A stretch of 64,000 bases of DNA, taken from the NCBI GenBank assembly GCA_035501955.1, contig DATJVD010000052.1, positions 77,487 through 141,486 on the forward strand, written 5' to 3'. The notes below the pieces were generated by a model that did not search any database, had not been told where the DNA came from, and worked only from the letters and a program-made list of their open reading frames with translations. Position numbers and translations under genes: made by a program. This document shows positions 26,219-34,474 of the stretch, piece after piece (position 1 is the stretch's first letter; every line of letters starts with the position of its first letter). Origin of the DNA: Steroidobacteraceae bacterium. GTDB lineage: Bacteria; Pseudomonadota; Gammaproteobacteria; Steroidobacterales; Steroidobacteraceae.

Positions 26219-26383
26219 ATGGATGCTCCTCGAAGGTCTGAGCGCGAATCCTCCGCATCGCGCCACTGCACGGCCTAGATGGGGTTTATTGCTCCGTTTA
26301 CAAGAGCTGGACAGCGCCGTGGGGCAGTTCCACGTAACTGCAAGTTAGCGCTGTAACTTATTGTTTTTCAGGTCTTATCGTGA

Positions 26384-27739
26384 TCAGCGCGCCGGCGCCA
26401 TGAGATGCTCGTACGGCGTCCCCGCCCACATCACATAGGGCGCCGATGTGTCCGGGTCCGCAGTCTTTGGATACTGATCGTAAAAGCGGGCGTCGGCGCC
26501 GACGATCATCACGTGGGGCCCGGTCTTGATCCAATGATGATTCGCTGCCGGCCTGCGGGCGTAGGGATCGGTGTTGCTCGCATCGCTGCCGCCGGCGAGC
26601 ATGTAGATGAAGCCGATCTTTCCTGCTGGTGGCGCGGTATGCGTCAGATACGCTTGCAGCCATTCCATGGCATTTGCATCCGCGCACATCGGATCGGGCC
26701 CCGGCGTGCTTGGATCATCCGGCATGCACGTGAAGCCATTGGTGCCGGCGCGCAGCGTGCGCATCTCGCCCGTGTCAGACATCGCGACGATCGTCGCGGC
26801 CTGCGCCAGCTGCCGAGGCGCAGCCGCCATGGCGCTTGCGATCAGCTGCGCATCGCTCGGTGCGGCCTGCTGCGCGGCTGCAGCCGGTGCGGCCTGCTGC
26901 GCGGCTACAGTCGGTGCGGGCGGTGGCGCCGGCGAAGGATGCTGCGCGATGGTGGCGGCTGCCAGAGGCGCTGCCGCGAGCGCGTGATAGGCGAGTGTCT
27001 CTCCCGCGCCTTGCGGCGCGGGTAACGGTTGCTGCGTCAGCAGTGTTTGCATGCTGAAGCTGCGTGGCTCCGAGTCTGACCAGTTGCTGCCGATCGCGCA
27101 TGCTGCGAAGCGCGTGCCATCCTCGGACAGCTTCGTCCTGAACTGACTCACCGAGGCGTAGGGCACCGCCGAGGAGGTCTTGGCATCCCACATACACCAG
27201 TTCTGCAATGGCCCCGGCGAGAGCTTGGGGACCAGACCTTTCATGGTGACGCTCTGCAGGAGATGCCCCTGCATGCAGACGCGCACGTAGGCGTAGTCAA
27301 AGTCCGGCGGGCGAGCGGCAATCACACACACGCTGGCGCAGGAGCTGCGCTTCGGCGCGCCGGCGCATGTCACGCCCGCGACCTTGCCGCCCGAGCCTTC
27401 GTCCGTCACCGCCTGGCAGCCCTTGGGCAGATCCGTCGCGATGCGCGCGGCGGCGGCATTTGCGCTTCGCGCCAGTAGCTCATCCAACAGCCTGCTCGTC
27501 GAGGGCGTACCTTCGCTGCAGGTGGGCGCGCTGGTGAGCTCGGGTTTTTCCCGAACCTGCGGCAGGACGATCGCCTTGCTTGCCGTGCAATGCGGATCCG
27601 CCTCGGGCCGGCACGCCAGCCATCCCGCAGGTCCGTTCTCCTGCGCGAGCACCGAGGACGTGCCGAGCGCTATGAGCGCAATAAACGGCCATGCATTCGC
27701 GATTTGCACGCTGATCCTCCCGCACCGACGGCCTGCCAC
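26384..27739 (-). CDS. Secreted two-domain hypothetical protein (Cys-rich N-domain, Ala/Pro/Gln linker, conserved-looking C-domain)
   Basis: 451 aa. Signal peptide ...WPFIALIALGTSSVLAQE. The first ~230 residues contain a dozen or more Cys. Linker is PSPAPPPAPTVAAQQAAPAAAAQQAAPS. The C-terminal region reads GFTCMPDDPSTPGPDPMCADANAMEWL...GFIYMLAGGSDASNTDPY. Confidence 0.65.
   Translation of the reverse strand: MAGRRCGRISVQIANAWPFIALIALGTSSVLAQENGPAGWLACRPEADPHCTASKAIVLPQVREKPELTSAPTCSEGTPSTSRLLDELLARSANAAAARIATDLPKGCQAVTDEGSGGKVAGVTCAGAPKRSSCASVCVIAARPPDFDYAYVRVCMQGHLLQSVTMKGLVPKLSPGPLQNWCMWDAKTSSAVPYASVSQFRTKLSEDGTRFAACAIGSNWSDSEPRSFSMQTLLTQQPLPAPQGAGETLAYHALAAAPLAAATIAQHPSPAPPPAPTVAAQQAAPAAAAQQAAPSDAQLIASAMAAAPRQLAQAATIVAMSDTGEMRTLRAGTNGFTCMPDDPSTPGPDPMCADANAMEWLQAYLTHTAPPAGKIGFIYMLAGGSDASNTDPYARRPAANHHWIKTGPHVMIVGADARFYDQYPKTADPDTSAPYVMWAGTPYEHLMAPAR
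26859..26920. repeat. 27 nt tandem repeat, about 2.3 copies, inside the linker-coding part of the secreted protein gene
   Basis: GGTGCGGCCTGCTGCGCGGCTGCAGCC followed by GGTGCGGCCTGCTGCGCGGCTACAGTC and then GGTGCGGG. It is in-frame and encodes the AAQQAAP repeats. Confidence 0.7.
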
Positions 27740-27913
27740 GCGCTGCAGATCTCCTCCGGATTATAGGAGCAACGGTCCGTGACGGCGGACCCTGATGCCT
27801 TGGCGCGCGACGCAGCAGATTCGCCAGCCACGACGGTGCGTCTTGGTGCTATCTTCGCAGCGGCGTCCCTGAGCGTGTCGATCATTCGCGAGCGAGGAGG
27901 TAGGAAGAGCCCG

Positions 27914-29299
27914 ATGGCCGAGGTCTGGAGTACATGGGAAGGCCGGGTCATCAATGGCCTCTTCCCGCTGCGTCGGCTGCTGGGCTCCTCGGACCACAGC
28001 GGCGTATTCCTGACCGAGTACAAGACCCGCGGCTCCGAGGATGTTGCCATCAAGCTGGTCCAGGTCGATGCCGCGGGGACGAAGACTCAGCTCTCCCACT
28101 GGCAGTCGGCGACCGCACTCGCGCATCCGCACCTGATTCAACTCTATGAGACCGGACGCTGCCAGGTCGATGATCGTTCGTTCCTCTTCGTCCTGATGGA
28201 GTACGCGGATCAGACCCTCGCGCAGCTCCTGCCGCAACGAGCGCTGACGGCGCAGGAGGTCCGGGAGCTGCTGCCGCCGACGCTCGATGCCCTGTCCTTC
28301 CTGCACCACCGGGATCTGGTGCATTGCCGGCTGAAGCCCACGAATTTGCTCGTGGTCCATGATCGAGTGAAGCTCGCAAGCGATACCATTCGCCCCGCGG
28401 GACAGTCCACCGCCATCATCGATCGATCCTCCGCCTACGACTCTCCGGAAGCCAAGCGAGGCCGCATCTCGCCCGCGGGCGACCTGTGGAGTCTCGGCAT
28501 GACACTGACCGAGGCGCTCACACAAGCTCTACCCTCCTGGCCCGATGAGGCATCGGACGCGGTGTCCCTGCCACAGACGACTCCTGCGGACTTCATCGAT
28601 CCCATTCGTCACTGTTTGAATCGCAACCCCGCCAAGCGCCCGACCTTGGCCGAGCTGGAAACCGAGCTGAAGTTGCCGCCTCGAGTCAGCGGCCCGACCC
28701 CAGCGATCGCGGCAGCGGAGCCGGCTTCCTCACCCGCGGGCTTGCCGCTCCAGCGTCTGCTCGTGCCTGGCGCAGCGGCGCTAATCGCTTTGTTGTTAGT
28801 CGCGTGGGCGGGCCTACATTTCTTTCAAAGCCATCACGAGCGGCCCGCAGCTGTCACGGCCCTGCCCGCAAGTCCATCGCCACAAGCATCGTCCGCAACC
28901 GTACCCGAGCCGACCCCGCCCCCAGCACCTGCATCTGCACCCGCTCCGCGCGCAGCCGATTCCGCTCCGCGCGCATCCGACTCCCCGAGTCCGCCGCTGC
29001 CGGGCGAAGCTGCGGACGTGGTGCACGAGGAGATTCCGGACGTACCGCGCAGTGCGCGTGACACGATTCACGGCCGCATCAAGGTTCTCGTTCACGTGAC
29101 CGTCGACAGCGGGGGCAACGTGGTCGACCAAACGCTGACGTTCGCCGGTCCCAGCAAGTACTTCGCACGGCTGTCCACCGAGGCCGCGAGTAAATGGAAG
29201 TTCGCTCCCACCGACAGCCAGGACTTGCGGCCGCGGCTACTGCACTTCGAGTTCAGCCGCGGCGGCACGACCGGACACGCGACTGTTCCACGCTCGTAG
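27914..29299 (+). CDS. Membrane-anchored degenerate Ser/Thr protein kinase (predicted pseudokinase) with a Pro-rich linker and TonB C-terminal-like domain
   Basis: ATG follows GAGGAGG/GGAAG. The kinase fold is recognisable (VAIKLV, LMEYA, DLWSLGMTL, NPAKRPT), but the catalytic loop reads VHCRLKPTN instead of HRDLKPxN, DFG reads SDT, and the Gly loop reads GSSDHSGV. TM helix LLVPGAAALIALLLVAWAGLHFF. Pro-rich spacer. C-terminus IPDVPRSARDTIHGRIKVLVHVTVDSGGNVVDQTLTF...AASKWKFAP is TonB_C-like. Confidence 0.75.
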   Translation: MAEVWSTWEGRVINGLFPLRRLLGSSDHSGVFLTEYKTRGSEDVAIKLVQVDAAGTKTQLSHWQSATALAHPHLIQLYETGRCQVDDRSFLFVLMEYADQTLAQLLPQRALTAQEVRELLPPTLDALSFLHHRDLVHCRLKPTNLLVVHDRVKLASDTIRPAGQSTAIIDRSSAYDSPEAKRGRISPAGDLWSLGMTLTEALTQALPSWPDEASDAVSLPQTTPADFIDPIRHCLNRNPAKRPTLAELETELKLPPRVSGPTPAIAAAEPASSPAGLPLQRLLVPGAAALIALLLVAWAGLHFFQSHHERPAAVTALPASPSPQASSATVPEPTPPPAPASAPAPRAADSAPRASDSPSPPLPGEAADVVHEEIPDVPRSARDTIHGRIKVLVHVTVDSGGNVVDQTLTFAGPSKYFARLSTEAASKWKFAPTDSQDLRPRLLHFEFSRGGTTGHATVPRS

Positions 29300-29319
29300 C
29301 CGAGCGCACGGGGGGACTG

Positions 29320-30945
29320 ATGTATGGACTGATGCAGGATCACGAGTTGCTCATCTCCTCGCTGATCCGCCACGCGGCCACGTATCACGCTCGCCGCGAG
29401 ATCGCTTCACGGGAGGCAAGCGGAGCGCTGCATCGCACGAGCTACGGCGAGGTCGAGCGTCGAGCGCGCCGCCTCGCGGTGGCTCTGGCGAAGCTCGGCC
29501 TAGAAAGGGGCGATCGGGTGGCCACCCTCGCCTGCAGTCACCATCGGCACCTGGAATGTTTCTACGGGGTGTCCGGCATGGGGGCCGTACTCCACACCGT
29601 CAATCCGCGGCTCTTCAAAGAGCAGCTCATCTATATCATGAACCACGCGGAGGACCGGGTGCTGCTCTTCGACGCGGACCTCCTGCCGCTCGTCGAAGCA
29701 CTTGCTCCCCAGCTCGAGAGCATTCAAAGCTACGTGGTGCTCGATGACCGAGAGGCGATGCCCGCGAGCGACACGCTGCCGCTTGCGTGCTACGAGGAGC
29801 TGCTCGCCGATGCGCACGACGATTATTCATGGCCCGTATTCGATGAGCGCAGCGCCTCTTCGCTTTGCTACACATCGGGCACGACCGGTAATGCCAAGGG
29901 CGTGCTCTACAGTCACCGTTCGACGGTAATTCACGCGTTGGCAGCGCTGCAGAGCGATGCGTTAGCCGTGCGCGCTACCGACGTGGTCATGCCGATTGCA
30001 CCGATGTTCCACGCCAATGCCTGGTCGCTGCCCTACGGCTGTGCCATGACCGGTGCAAAGCTGGTGCTTCCCGGACGTCATCTCGATGCGCGCAGGCTTC
30101 ACGAGCTTATCCAAAGTGAAGGAGTCACATTTGCAGTCGGAGTACCCACGATCTGGACGCAGCTGCTCGCCTACCTGCGCGAGACCGGCGCGCAGGTGCC
30201 GACGCTGGAACGCGTGCTCGTCGGGGGGACGGCGATGCCGCCTGCTGTCCACGCGGCGCTGGCGGCGCACGGAGTGCGTGCGCAGCATGCCTGGGGTATG
30301 ACGGAGACCAGCCCCATCGGCACATTGGCCGCACCGACCGTCGAGATCGATGCACTGCCGGCCGAGGCGCGCGCGGCTCAACTTCTCAAACAGGGCCGGG
30401 TGCCGTGGGGCATCGAGATCAGAATCACCGACGGCAGCGGTCAAGCGATCCCGAAGGACGGCACGACCTTCGGACCCCTGTGGGTACGGGGCCCCTGGGT
30501 TGCGAGCGGCTATTTCAAAGGCGAGGGCGGACAGGTGCTCGATCCGGAGGGTTGGTTTCCTACCGGCGACGTCGCCACCTGGGACGCCTACGGATTCCTG
30601 AAGATCACCGACCGCACCAAGGATGTGATCAAGTCGGGCGGCGAGTGGATCAGCTCGATCGATATCGAGAACGTGGCGATGTCGCATCCCAAGGTGCGGC
30701 TCGCTGCGGCGGTCGCGGCGTTTCACCCCAAATGGGACGAGCGGCCGGTGCTGATCGTCGTGGCTGAGGGCGAGCCTCCAACGCGCGAGGAGCTCATCGA
30801 ATTTCTGCGGCCCCGGATGGCCAAATGGTGGCTACCGGATGATGTGGTGTTCATCGAGCAGATACCGCTCACGGCCACCGGCAAGATACTCAAGGCCAGA
30901 CTGCGCGAGGAGTATTGGAATCACCTCGTCGGCCGCCGCCCTTAA
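29320..30945 (+). CDS. Long-chain/medium-chain fatty-acid--CoA ligase (AMP-binding family)
   Basis: Start reset to [14 protein letters not shown]-binding motif [18 protein letters not shown], plus GWFPTGDV and ATGKILK. Confidence 0.85.
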   Translation: MYGLMQDHELLISSLIRHAATYHARREIASREASGALHRTSYGEVERRARRLAVALAKLGLERGDRVATLACSHHRHLECFYGVSGMGAVLHTVNPRLFKEQLIYIMNHAEDRVLLFDADLLPLVEALAPQLESIQSYVVLDDREAMPASDTLPLACYEELLADAHDDYSWPVFDERSASSLCYTSGTTGNAKGVLYSHRSTVIHALAALQSDALAVRATDVVMPIAPMFHANAWSLPYGCAMTGAKLVLPGRHLDARRLHELIQSEGVTFAVGVPTIWTQLLAYLRETGAQVPTLERVLVGGTAMPPAVHAALAAHGVRAQHAWGMTETSPIGTLAAPTVEIDALPAEARAAQLLKQGRVPWGIEIRITDGSGQAIPKDGTTFGPLWVRGPWVASGYFKGEGGQVLDPEGWFPTGDVATWDAYGFLKITDRTKDVIKSGGEWISSIDIENVAMSHPKVRLAAAVAAFHPKWDERPVLIVVAEGEPPTREELIEFLRPRMAKWWLPDDVVFIEQIPLTATGKILKARLREEYWNHLVGRRP

Positions 30946-32312
30946 CCGGTGCCCTGGATCACCGTGCCATCCGGCGCGCGCATCTCGTTCGGGTGTTCGT
31001 CGCCGATCGGGTGCTTTGCCGCGAGCGCCTCATCGACTTCGATCCCCCAGCCGGGCCGCTCGTTGATCCAGGCGTAGCCGTTTCTGATCTCGACGCAGCC
31101 GTGGAAGATGTCCTGCACGATGGGCGGGTAGTCGAAATGCTCGTGGATGCCGAAGTTGCTGTTGGTGAGATCGAGCGTCAGATTCGTCATGTGCCCGACG
31201 GGGGAATTCGGTGCCCCGTGCCAGGCGAATTTCACCTCGTAGTTCTCGACGAACGCCGCTACGCGCCGCGCGGCGGTGAAGCCGCCGATGTGCGATACGT
31301 GATGGCGGATGTAGTCGATCTGCCGTTCCTCGACCAGTGGCCGCCATTCGTGGGGATTGTTCCAGAGCTCCCCGATCGCCAGCGGCGTCGAGCATTGCTC
31401 GCGCACGATGCGATAATGACCGGCCTCCTCCGGCGCCAGCAGATCCTCACAGTAGAACAGTCGGAAGGCCTCCATGTCCTTGGCGAAGGGCACGGCTCGG
31501 ATGCTGTCGAGCAGTGAGTGCACATCGACGCCGAGGCCGATCTCTGCAGGCATCTCCTTTCTGAAGGTCTCGAACGCTGCGCGGATCTTGCGGGTCTCCT
31601 TGTCCCGATCGAAGGCGATCGAGCCGTCATCGAACTTCGGCTGTCCGTAGAGGTTGCTGACGGCGCCGTCGCGCACGAACATCGCGACGAGGAGATTGCG
31701 GCACCCTTTATCGACGAGCTTGGTCGCGTTCTCCACCAGCTGCCGGCCGGGGTCGCGCTCTCCCAGGGACACGTGTAGATAGATGTCGGCGGCGTCGCGG
31801 CACTTTCCTCCGACCAGCTGATACACCGGCATGTCGGCGAGCCGCCCCTTGATGTCCCAGAGCGCATCGCAGAGCCCGCCGATCGCGCAGTTCAACACCG
31901 TGTCATTCTTGTAGTAGGAGCTCATGTAGCAGAGCTGCCAGATCTGCTCGATGCGGTCGGTCGTCCTGCCCGTCACGAGCGGCTTCAAATACTGCTCCAC
32001 GGCCGCCGCGACGAGCTTGGCGCGGCCACCGGGAAAAGTCGCCGTGGCGCATCCGTAGCCGTACAGCCCGGCCTGATCCGTCGTGACTTTGACGATGGTG
32101 GAGTCATTGACTCCTCCGCCACCGACCTGGATCACGGCAATGTCGTGGATGCGCGGAATCGGCATCCCGCGCATGGACGCTTCGACCTTGCGCTCGGCCG
32201 CCTGCTCCTTGGCGGAGTCGGCCCCCTCGGCAGCGCTGCGGAATAACTCGGCGAGCACCGCACCGCCACCGAGCAGCGCACAGCGGAGCAGCGCTCGTCG
32301 GTCTTGCGTCAT
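30942..32312 (-). CDS. Enolase-superfamily protein (mandelate racemase / D-mannonate dehydratase-like) with a twin-arginine signal peptide
   Basis: Start reset to MTQDRRALLRCALLGGGAVLA (Tat-like RR motif plus h-region). The body has VKVTTDQAGLYGYGCAT, ALWDIKGRLADMPVYQLVGG, LGVDVH, YCEDLL, IGELW and HGAPNSPVG. Confidence 0.8.
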   Translation of the reverse strand: MTQDRRALLRCALLGGGAVLAELFRSAAEGADSAKEQAAERKVEASMRGMPIPRIHDIAVIQVGGGGVNDSTIVKVTTDQAGLYGYGCATATFPGGRAKLVAAAVEQYLKPLVTGRTTDRIEQIWQLCYMSSYYKNDTVLNCAIGGLCDALWDIKGRLADMPVYQLVGGKCRDAADIYLHVSLGERDPGRQLVENATKLVDKGCRNLLVAMFVRDGAVSNLYGQPKFDDGSIAFDRDKETRKIRAAFETFRKEMPAEIGLGVDVHSLLDSIRAVPFAKDMEAFRLFYCEDLLAPEEAGHYRIVREQCSTPLAIGELWNNPHEWRPLVEERQIDYIRHHVSHIGGFTAARRVAAFVENYEVKFAWHGAPNSPVGHMTNLTLDLTNSNFGIHEHFDYPPIVQDIFHGCVEIRNGYAWINERPGWGIEVDEALAAKHPIGDEHPNEMRAPDGTVIQGTG

Positions 32313-32355
32313 CGAAGGCGAAGTCGCTGCCGGTCGCGCCCCTCCGCCCGGCGTC

Positions 32356-33105
32356 TCATGAGCAGCTCTTGCCGTGATCGGGCCGATTGCCTTGTGCCTT
32401 GGCGGCCGCTTCGGACATGTAGTGGCCGCTCTTGGTCGTGCCGTACCAGCGATCGCCCGGACAGTGATACACCTTGCTGCTGGTGTTGACCCAGACCTGT
32501 CCCGGGCCACCGCCGGGCGCGGGCGCCGAGCTCGTGTGAGGCGCACTGCCAGCCGCAGTTCCAGCCGCAGCCGTTGCAGCGGCCGCACCGCTTGGACGCG
32601 CGGGCGTAGTGGGCTCCGCCGGAGCCACGGCCGCTGGAGTGCTCTCGGCGCTGCCCGTCTGCGGGTGACTCGTGCTCGTGCCACTCTTCGCCTTGCCGCC
32701 GTGGCCGGAGCAGACCCCACGACCGGACTTCGCCGAGGTCGTCCCGTCCGCGCAGAGCGTGCCGCCGCTCGCCCCGGCGCCGCTGGCACTGCTACGGGTG
32801 CTCGTGCTGCCCGCACTGCTGCCCGCGGTGCTTGTGGTGCCCGAGGCGGCTGCGGTGCCGGCACTGCCGTTCGGTGCCGCGGTGGAACCGCCGGCGGCTG
32901 CCTTCGTCGCTGTCTTATCGACACCGCCGTGCCCACTGCAGGCCCCGCGGCCGCCCTTCGAGCTCGTGCCGTCCTTGCAGATGACACCGCTTCCGGTTCC
33001 AGAGGCGGTGTCGGTGCTCGTTTGAGCCAAGCCCACCGAGCACGCAAGGCTTAGCAGCATCGCGACAGCGAGCGTCGCGCAAGAGGCATGAATCGACTGT
33101 CTCAC
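32356..33105 (-). CDS. Secreted low-complexity protein with two DUF3761-like Cys motifs and a C-terminal YHCPG...SEAAAKAQG motif
   Basis: Signal peptide [28 protein letters not shown]. Repeats are [23 protein letters not shown] and [24 protein letters not shown]. Long Ser/Thr/Ala/Gly tracts. Confidence 0.65.
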   Translation of the reverse strand: MRQSIHASCATLAVAMLLSLACSVGLAQTSTDTASGTGSGVICKDGTSSKGGRGACSGHGGVDKTATKAAAGGSTAAPNGSAGTAAASGTTSTAGSSAGSTSTRSSASGAGASGGTLCADGTTSAKSGRGVCSGHGGKAKSGTSTSHPQTGSAESTPAAVAPAEPTTPARPSGAAAATAAAGTAAGSAPHTSSAPAPGGGPGQVWVNTSSKVYHCPGDRWYGTTKSGHYMSEAAAKAQGNRPDHGKSCS

Positions 33106-33114
33106 GGCGCCTCC

Positions 33115-33426
33115 TCAGGATCCCTTGAGGCAGGTGCTCATGAACTGCTTGCGGCTGTCGCCGCTCAGTTTCTGGGCACTCGCCTGGGCATTGCAGGTCT
33201 TCATCTTCTCCTGCTGGCTGTTGTGCGCCGAGCTGGACGCGCCGCTCGCGCTCAAGCAGGTGCTCATGAAGTGCTTGCGAGCATCGCCGGTCAGATTCTT
33301 CGTCTTGGCCTCGGCATTACAGCTCGTCATCTTTTCCTGTTGTGAGTTCTCGGCCATGGCCGACGCGAACGCACCGGAGGCCATGAGTGCAACCGCAAGT
33401 AGGATAGTTTTTCTTGGACCGATCAT
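33115..33426 (-). CDS. PsiF-family repeat protein (phosphate-starvation-inducible PsiF-like)
   Basis: 103 aa with a signal peptide and two PsiF repeats: SQQEKMTSCNAEAKTKNLTGDARKHFMSTCL and SQQEKMKTCNAQASAQKLSGDSRKQFMSTCL. Confidence 0.75.
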   Translation of the reverse strand: MIGPRKTILLAVALMASGAFASAMAENSQQEKMTSCNAEAKTKNLTGDARKHFMSTCLSASGASSSAHNSQQEKMKTCNAQASAQKLSGDSRKQFMSTCLKGS

Positions 33427-33450
33427 CGTGAGTACTCCTCGCCAGTGGAA

Positions 33451-33783
33451 TCAAGCATTCGGTACCTTGCCGGCCGGTGTGAGCTTGTCGATCGCCTGCG
33501 GCAGCAGCGCCGAGAGCTTCTGTGCGAGATCTTGCGGGTTCAGACCGAACTTTGCCGCCAGCTGGTTGATCGTGTCCGAGCCGAAGGCCTCATGCACCTG
33601 ATTGGGTGAGATCGGCTGATTCGGGCCAGTTCCGACCCATGACTTGACCGTCTCGCCGAGCCCTTGCTGCTGCAGCTGGGCGACGATGCCCTGCACTCCC
33701 CCGTGCCTCTCGATCAGGCCGTTGATGACCGTGGCCATCTCACCGCCGACCAGACCACCTAACACTCCATCGAAGAGTCCCAT
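33451..33783 (-). CDS. YidB-family (DUF937) protein
   Basis: Start reset to the ATG after GGGAGG. Product MGLFDGVLGGLVGG...GLGETVKSWVGTGPNQPISPNQVHEAFGSDTINQLAAKFGLNPQDLAQKLSALLPQAIDKLTPAG matches the YidB pattern. Confidence 0.7.
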   Translation of the reverse strand: MGLFDGVLGGLVGGEMATVINGLIERHGGVQGIVAQLQQQGLGETVKSWVGTGPNQPISPNQVHEAFGSDTINQLAAKFGLNPQDLAQKLSALLPQAIDKLTPAGKVPNA

Positions 33784-33817
33784 GGCAACCTCCCTTGACC
33801 TTGTAGATCTGATTGAG

Positions 33818-34393
33818 TCAGGGCGTATTGGTCTTCGCCGTATCCGACGGCGTTCCGCCCTCGACTTGCTTGGTGATTCCTGATTTGACTGACTCGCCGC
33901 CGTGTTTGACGGCGGCAGCGCCGCTCTTCGTTCCTTCCTTGACATCGTTGCCGGTCGCCTTCGCGGCAGCGCCAATGCTCGTCCCGGTCCGTTTGGCGGA
34001 GTCGGCCACTTCGGTGCTGGCCTTCTTGGCGGCATCGGCAGTATCGCTGCTCGTCGATTTGACGGCGTCCGTTACGTTCTTGCTCGCCTTCTTGGCGGCG
34101 TCGGAGACGTCTTTGGCCATCTTCTTGGCGCCATCTGCCACGTCCTTGCCTGCCTGAGTGGCACTGTCGGCCACTTCCCTGCCAGCCTCTGTAGCGCTGT
34201 CGGCGATATCCTTGCCTGCCTGCTTGGCTCCCTCGCCCGCCTCGCGGGCAGCGTTGTCGACCGAGTGGGCGGCCTGCTGAGCCTGCCCCGCTACGCCCGT
34301 ATCCTCGGCCCGCAGGCCGCAGACAGGCGACAGCAGCACGAGCGCGAGCCAGTACGCGCCGGGACTGTGTCGGAGGGGGTGCATAGCGATCAT
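33818..34393 (-). CDS. Secreted hydrophilic 11-mer-repeat protein (LEA group-3 / apolipoprotein-like)
   Basis: Signal peptide MIAMHPLRHSPGAYWLALVLLSPVCGLRAED followed by eleven consecutive 11-residue units. The start is 34393 or 34384. Confidence 0.65.
   Translation of the reverse strand: MIAMHPLRHSPGAYWLALVLLSPVCGLRAEDTGVAGQAQQAAHSVDNAAREAGEGAKQAGKDIADSATEAGREVADSATQAGKDVADGAKKMAKDVSDAAKKASKNVTDAVKSTSSDTADAAKKASTEVADSAKRTGTSIGAAAKATGNDVKEGTKSGAAAVKHGGESVKSGITKQVEGGTPSDTAKTNTP
33863..34225 (-). repeat. 33-nt-periodic coding repeat, eleven 11-residue units
   Basis: Units are KQAGKDIADSA, TEAGREVADSA, TQAGKDVADGA, KKMAKDVSDAA, KKASKNVTDAV, KSTSSDTADAA, KKASTEVADSA, KRTGTSIGAAA, KATGNDVKEGT, KSGAAAVKHGG and ESVKSGITKQV. 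Confidence 0.6.
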
Positions 34394-34474
34394 GTCGATA
34401 CGCTCCGCGGCATGATAGCCCAACGCCCCGGCCGCGGGAAACGCGCAAGGTACTGCCCTGCGCCGCGCGATCTC

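Noticed and set aside
26073-26258. 61-aa minus-strand track ORF overlapping the mini-ORF region
   Set aside because: Its frame lacks a Shine-Dalgarno, and the product is basic and Pro-rich without hydrophobic structure. The 32-codon ORF in another frame has a GAGGAG Shine-Dalgarno and a clean TM helix.
30942-33047. 701-aa version of the enolase-family ORF. Analogous 5' over-extensions occur at 59709..61862, 61016..62206, 9162..11906, 13051..14721, 20355..21938, 41189..42634, 42125..43507 and 29194..30945.
   Set aside because: The extensions are Arg/Pro/Ala-rich, overlap neighbouring genes, and precede internal ATGs that give canonical N-termini (signal peptides or family-typical starts), often with Shine-Dalgarno motifs or stop/start coupling. 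I used the internal starts.
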